Part shown: positions 59,770 to 64,000 of the stretch, in pieces
Layout: each line of letters starts with the position of its first letter
Position numbering within the stretch: the first letter of the stretch is position 1
Assembly: GCF_018977255.1 (NCBI RefSeq)
Contig: NW_024704742.1
Coordinates: 43,960,001-44,024,000 of the forward strand
From: Callorhinchus milii
Lineage: Eukaryota
DNA length: 64,000 bases
Direction of reading: 5' to 3'
The notes under the pieces: model-generated
Seen by the model: the letters and a program-made list of their open reading frames with translations, nothing else
What the model was told of the DNA's origin: nothing
The model's database searches: none
Position numbers and translations under genes: made by a program

Positions 59770-60165
59770 ATAGTCATAATTATAATAATAATAGTTGTAT
59801 TTGATATAGCACCTTTCACTTCAGGAGGAAATCTCAAAAGCGCTTCATACGATTTACTGTAAAATGTAGTGACAACTTTGTAGGTGAACCCGCAGCCAAT
59901 TTGCACACAGCAATGTTCCACAAACAGATTTTTAACTGGGGATTATTGGTCAGATCGCTGTGAGAAACTCCCTTCTCTTTTTGAGTAGCGCTATGGTATC
60001 TTTTATGTCAACCTGAACAGGCAGGACCTTGGTGTTATGCCTCATCTGAGAATGTCACCTCTGACAATGCAAAACACCCCAGACCTGTATTAGTCCCGAT
60101 GTGGGGATTGAATCCACAATCTTTTGACTCAGAGCCAAGAGTGCTACCAGTCAGCATGACTGGCA
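59770..60165 (-). mobile_element. Family B SINE
   Basis: Reverse-strand match to 48453-48860. Confidence 0.7.
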
Positions 60166-62384
60166 TCTCTGATAGGATTATTCATTGTTCACAATGTTTC
60201 TTAAATTACAGCAGACGTGTTGATATCATGTAAATTCATACTGAAGTCAAATTTTGTTTTGATGTACAGAGATTATCATTGAATCCAGTTACTTATTTGG
60301 ACATATTTGCTCATTATTATGGACATAGTTCTCAAGGTCAGTTGTAAGAGTGCTTTCAACTTCATTTTTAGTTGTTATTTAGACTTCCTGTCGATAAATG
60401 GAAACTCTTGCATACATGGGCTAGCTGGTTCTGAAAGTTTCCATCCACTCTATACTGAAATCCTCTTCCTCAATTATTGGATTGGACCAGGTATTCAAGC
60501 ATGAGGGCGGATTTGATAATTAAACTGCAACCTTAAACTATTCAAATAAATATAAAAAATACAATGTTAATGCAAATGAAGCAGATTAATAATACATAGA
60601 AAGGGAAGTTAGTATAACCAATCTGTGTTTATTAATATGGATTGTATTCAGGCTGTAGATTATATTGTTAACTTGTTCACAGTAATAGCATTGAATTATT
60701 TGAAAAATGAGCATTCAAATGTTCAGTAATATTCAAAAATATGTAATCATTTTTAACATTTGTGATATAGGATCCAATCCTGGGCAAATTTCATCTTTGT
60801 TATTTTCTGGCAGTTCTATTCTCAGTCAATGTAAGCATGCGCAGGATATTTTGCAACATTTCTGTTTCAGGATTGTGAACAAATATCAGTGGTGAGATGG
60901 CCACTTTGTTTAATGGGTTAGTCCACAAACTATTTTGGAATAGATTTAGGTCTATGCAAGCCAGAAACTCCTTTTTGTAAACATGTCTCGTATTCCTGCG
61001 CACAATCATATTGTCAAACAGAGCAACAGATGGATGTTTTAACATTAAACATGATTTTTGCAGCCAGTTGTGTGGAGTCCTTTGAGATGTCTTCCAGAAT
61101 AAAAAATGTTGTTGTTTTCAGCGGCATTGCAGTGGTACGTATATGCATGGAACTAAGTGGACTCCAGGCATTGACCTTTACAGATTTTGTTTCAAACAAT
61201 TAAATCTAATTTGCCTTATTTTATAACATGATTTCTTAATAAGGAATTCCTGTCATTCCCCGCTCTGGAATCTGATCACAACCGTTCTGAGTTACTGTGA
61301 GTTACTTTTTTTTAAGCTCAAATGCTGTGATACTAAAGCAAAATCTACTGCTCAATTGCTGGAGTGGCTTCCTTAATGTAATATTAATAGAAAAACAAAA
61401 AATGCTCAAATACTCTATATAAACATTAATAAAAGTTGCAAAATAATTTTACATATCTTTTTTCCTTCTATTATTGCTTCTTCTCCGGGAAAGTTTTGTA
61501 CTTTTTACTTTATTCCTAACTAATATTTTTTCTCTATTTCACTTTTTTGTTACTTTAAATACTTTTAATTTAGCAACCTGATAGCTCTGCTCCCTTCTCA
61601 TTACCTTCCATTCTGAAGATGGGTGTTACTTAATTTTTGTTAAAATGTGGTATCTGGACTTAACTGAAGGTTTGGGAATTTCAGAGAATGCTTTTGCGTG
61701 CTTTAGGTTAACTCCAGAGTGTGCTTTATATCGGGTTAACCAGCTAAAACCACTCAGTTTGCCATTGAAATACTGTCTGGCATGTTTCCTGCTCCTTGCC
61801 CATCTTGGACTATCCTACCTATTAGGGCTTTGGTTTGCAGGGTTAACAGGAGCTGAGTGGGAAGAATTCTTGGCCCCGATGTTCAATCTGTCCTTCCAAG
61901 TCTTGCAGATGAGCTGAGGTGGCTAGGCTGTTATTAGCAGTGCCTTGGAGTCCTGGGGACCCATCTGGCTCAGACACCAGGCTTCTGAGACATTGCAGAA
62001 GATCGAACTGATTCTGACATTCCTTTGCCAAACATGTCACTTTAGAACCAGTTCAGCTCCAAGGAGACGAGACCCTGCTTACATCACAAGGAGGATCTAC
62101 AAAGACAATTATAAACAGCTAGATTTAACTTGCACGTGCAAATATTACATATTTGTCGCTTTCTCCTGCATACAAAAGGACATCAAACAGATAGGATTTT
62201 GGAAAGATTATAGTGCATTGTTGTCTAATTAAAAGTGAAAAGTAATTAGATCCATTAATACCCTTGCACCCTCCATACCTCGATTCTCTCAATTTATTCT
62301 CTCACTCTATTCTATTTTTCTCTCTCTCTCTCGCTATTGTGTCTCTCTGTATCCTCTCTCTCTCTCTCTCTCTCTCTTTATTTC

Positions 62385-63905
62385 TTCATCCAGTTGAACG
62401 TCAACAAGACATTGGCTCTTCTGCTTGATTCCAGTCAGCACCTTCTCACCACAGGTACTGACAGCATCAATCTCCATGGATGCACACGCCACTTCATGGA
62501 ACCAGCATGGAACCTCGATATCTTGTTCGACTCTAAACTGTCCTATAAATCCTGCATCCTTACTCTGAACCATTCAGCTTTTCTCCACCTCAACATTGCC
62601 TGCATTTACCTGCACTACCTCCTCTTGGACGTAGAGACGCTTATTCATGCATTCATCATGCACAGGCTAGACTATGCCAACTCTCTACTCATCAAACTTT
62701 CCAACTCTTCCCTCCACAAGCTGCAGACCATCCAGAAATCTGCAGCTCATGTCCTCTCATGCACCAGGCTCCACAAGCCTATTAACCCTATCCTCGCCCA
62801 GTTTCCACCGTTTTCTCATCCGCTAGACTAGCGTGGTCCAACAGGTGGCCCGCGGGATACAACCGGCACGGAGTATGATTTTGTCCAGGTTGCAAATAAT
62901 TTCTGACTTCACTGTTTTACCTCCTGGCTGTGTCTCTCTTCTGGTAGATCTCTATGAAGCACTGCAGAGACAATGACAGGAAGGGTGGGGGTGTGGTGGG
63001 AGTTATCCATCCCCACCCCTCCCTGTCACATTTTGCACTGCCTCAAGCTTTGTGTAACCTGGTGAGACGCAGTGAGCAGCAGCAGGAGTATTTTGCAATT
63101 CTAAATCTACACAACCTTGAGTCTCAGTAGGAAACACAAGGTAGATCTGGAAAATAGAAAATTTCAGGGTTAGTGGGAAATGGATTATTTGTTTAGCGAA
63201 AATAATGGAAAACTGCAAGGCGTTGTTTGCTAGCAAGCCATATTGTGTTGAAGAAATTCAGAGTTAAGTCTCAATTATGGATTAATCTGTTTTTGTTTAG
63301 TATTCTCTGTAGGGGCCTCCACCTGCTTAGTTGATATCTTGTGTTTTGACCTTGATACATTAACAAAAATTGATTCATATTTTTCCATTTGAGCTGATCA
63401 TTATTAAGTAATAGTCACACAATTTAAAACATAGGATTTCTGTATGATTCCTTTATGTTTCTGGAAGGGAAAAACAAAAATGTTACTTATGCAGTCGGCA
63501 GACATTTCTCAAATGTGACCTCTGGCCCTCGACACCCAAAATGTTGGAACACCCTGATCTAGAAGATTGAGTTCAAGATCCTCATACTCACTTTTAAATC
63601 CCTCCACCAGCCTACCTCTGTGATCCTTTTAAACCCTATCAATCCACCTGCTCCCTCCGCTTGGTATGTACAGGCCTGCTTCACATCCCTGTCCAGCCCA
63701 CCCCATCATTGAAGTCAGGTTTTCTGCCTAATTGCCCAACTCCCAAGACCTTCCTGTTTGACCATGCCGTCGATCATCTTCCCCGCCCCCAGCCCCACCT
63801 CTTCTCAATCCAACCGCCAGCTAGGGTGCAAATCCTTGATCGTCCAGTGCCTTGGTACATCCTTCCAAGTGAAAGGCGCTACATAAATATAATTTGTTGT
63901 TGTTA
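62385..63905 (+). mobile_element. L2 LINE fragment interrupted by a hAT MITE
   Basis: QLNVNKT...RLDYANSLL...PINPILA, resuming as IEFKILILTFKSLH at about 63560 and ending in an L2 tail. Confidence 0.8.
62829..63556. mobile_element. Non-autonomous hAT (Charlie-like) DNA transposon
   Basis: 14-bp TIRs tagcgtggtccaac / gttggaacaccctg (11/14 match), subterminal GGCCC motifs, flanks cgCTAGAc / atCTAGAa resembling the NTCTAGAN 8-bp target. Confidence 0.7.
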
Positions 63906-64000
63906 TTCTGTTATTGTCATTCTCTCTACTATTGTTTTTCTCCAGTCCCTCACTCTCCCTACTGTCTCTCTATTCTCTCAGTATTCTTTCTCTATTCTCT

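Overview
This is vertebrate nuclear DNA, most likely from a cartilaginous fish. That assignment is an inference from the DeuSINE/L2/CR1 repeat landscape and the protein divergence. The left half carries SEL1L3 on the minus strand: 23 coding exons from an ATG at 34435 down to 890, all with GT-AG sites and a continuous frame of 3157 nt; the last exon lies outside the window. Head-to-head with it, on the plus strand, is the complete three-exon SMIM20 gene (MITRAC7/phoenixin precursor, 67 aa, 37633-41779). The rest is intronic or intergenic and dominated by tRNA-headed DeuSINE-like SINEs, L2 and CR1 LINE fragments, and a few MITEs. Most ORFs in the supplied track are repeat-derived or spurious. 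The most notable observations are: (1) an inverted copy of the 3' half of SEL1L3 exon 12 plus its donor site, located in intron 13; (2) a near-perfect 113-bp inverted repeat at 46143-46525; (3) an 88-codon alternative frame running through all three SMIM20 exons; (4) a phoenixin C-terminus lacking the amidation glycine. Repeat boundaries are approximate.
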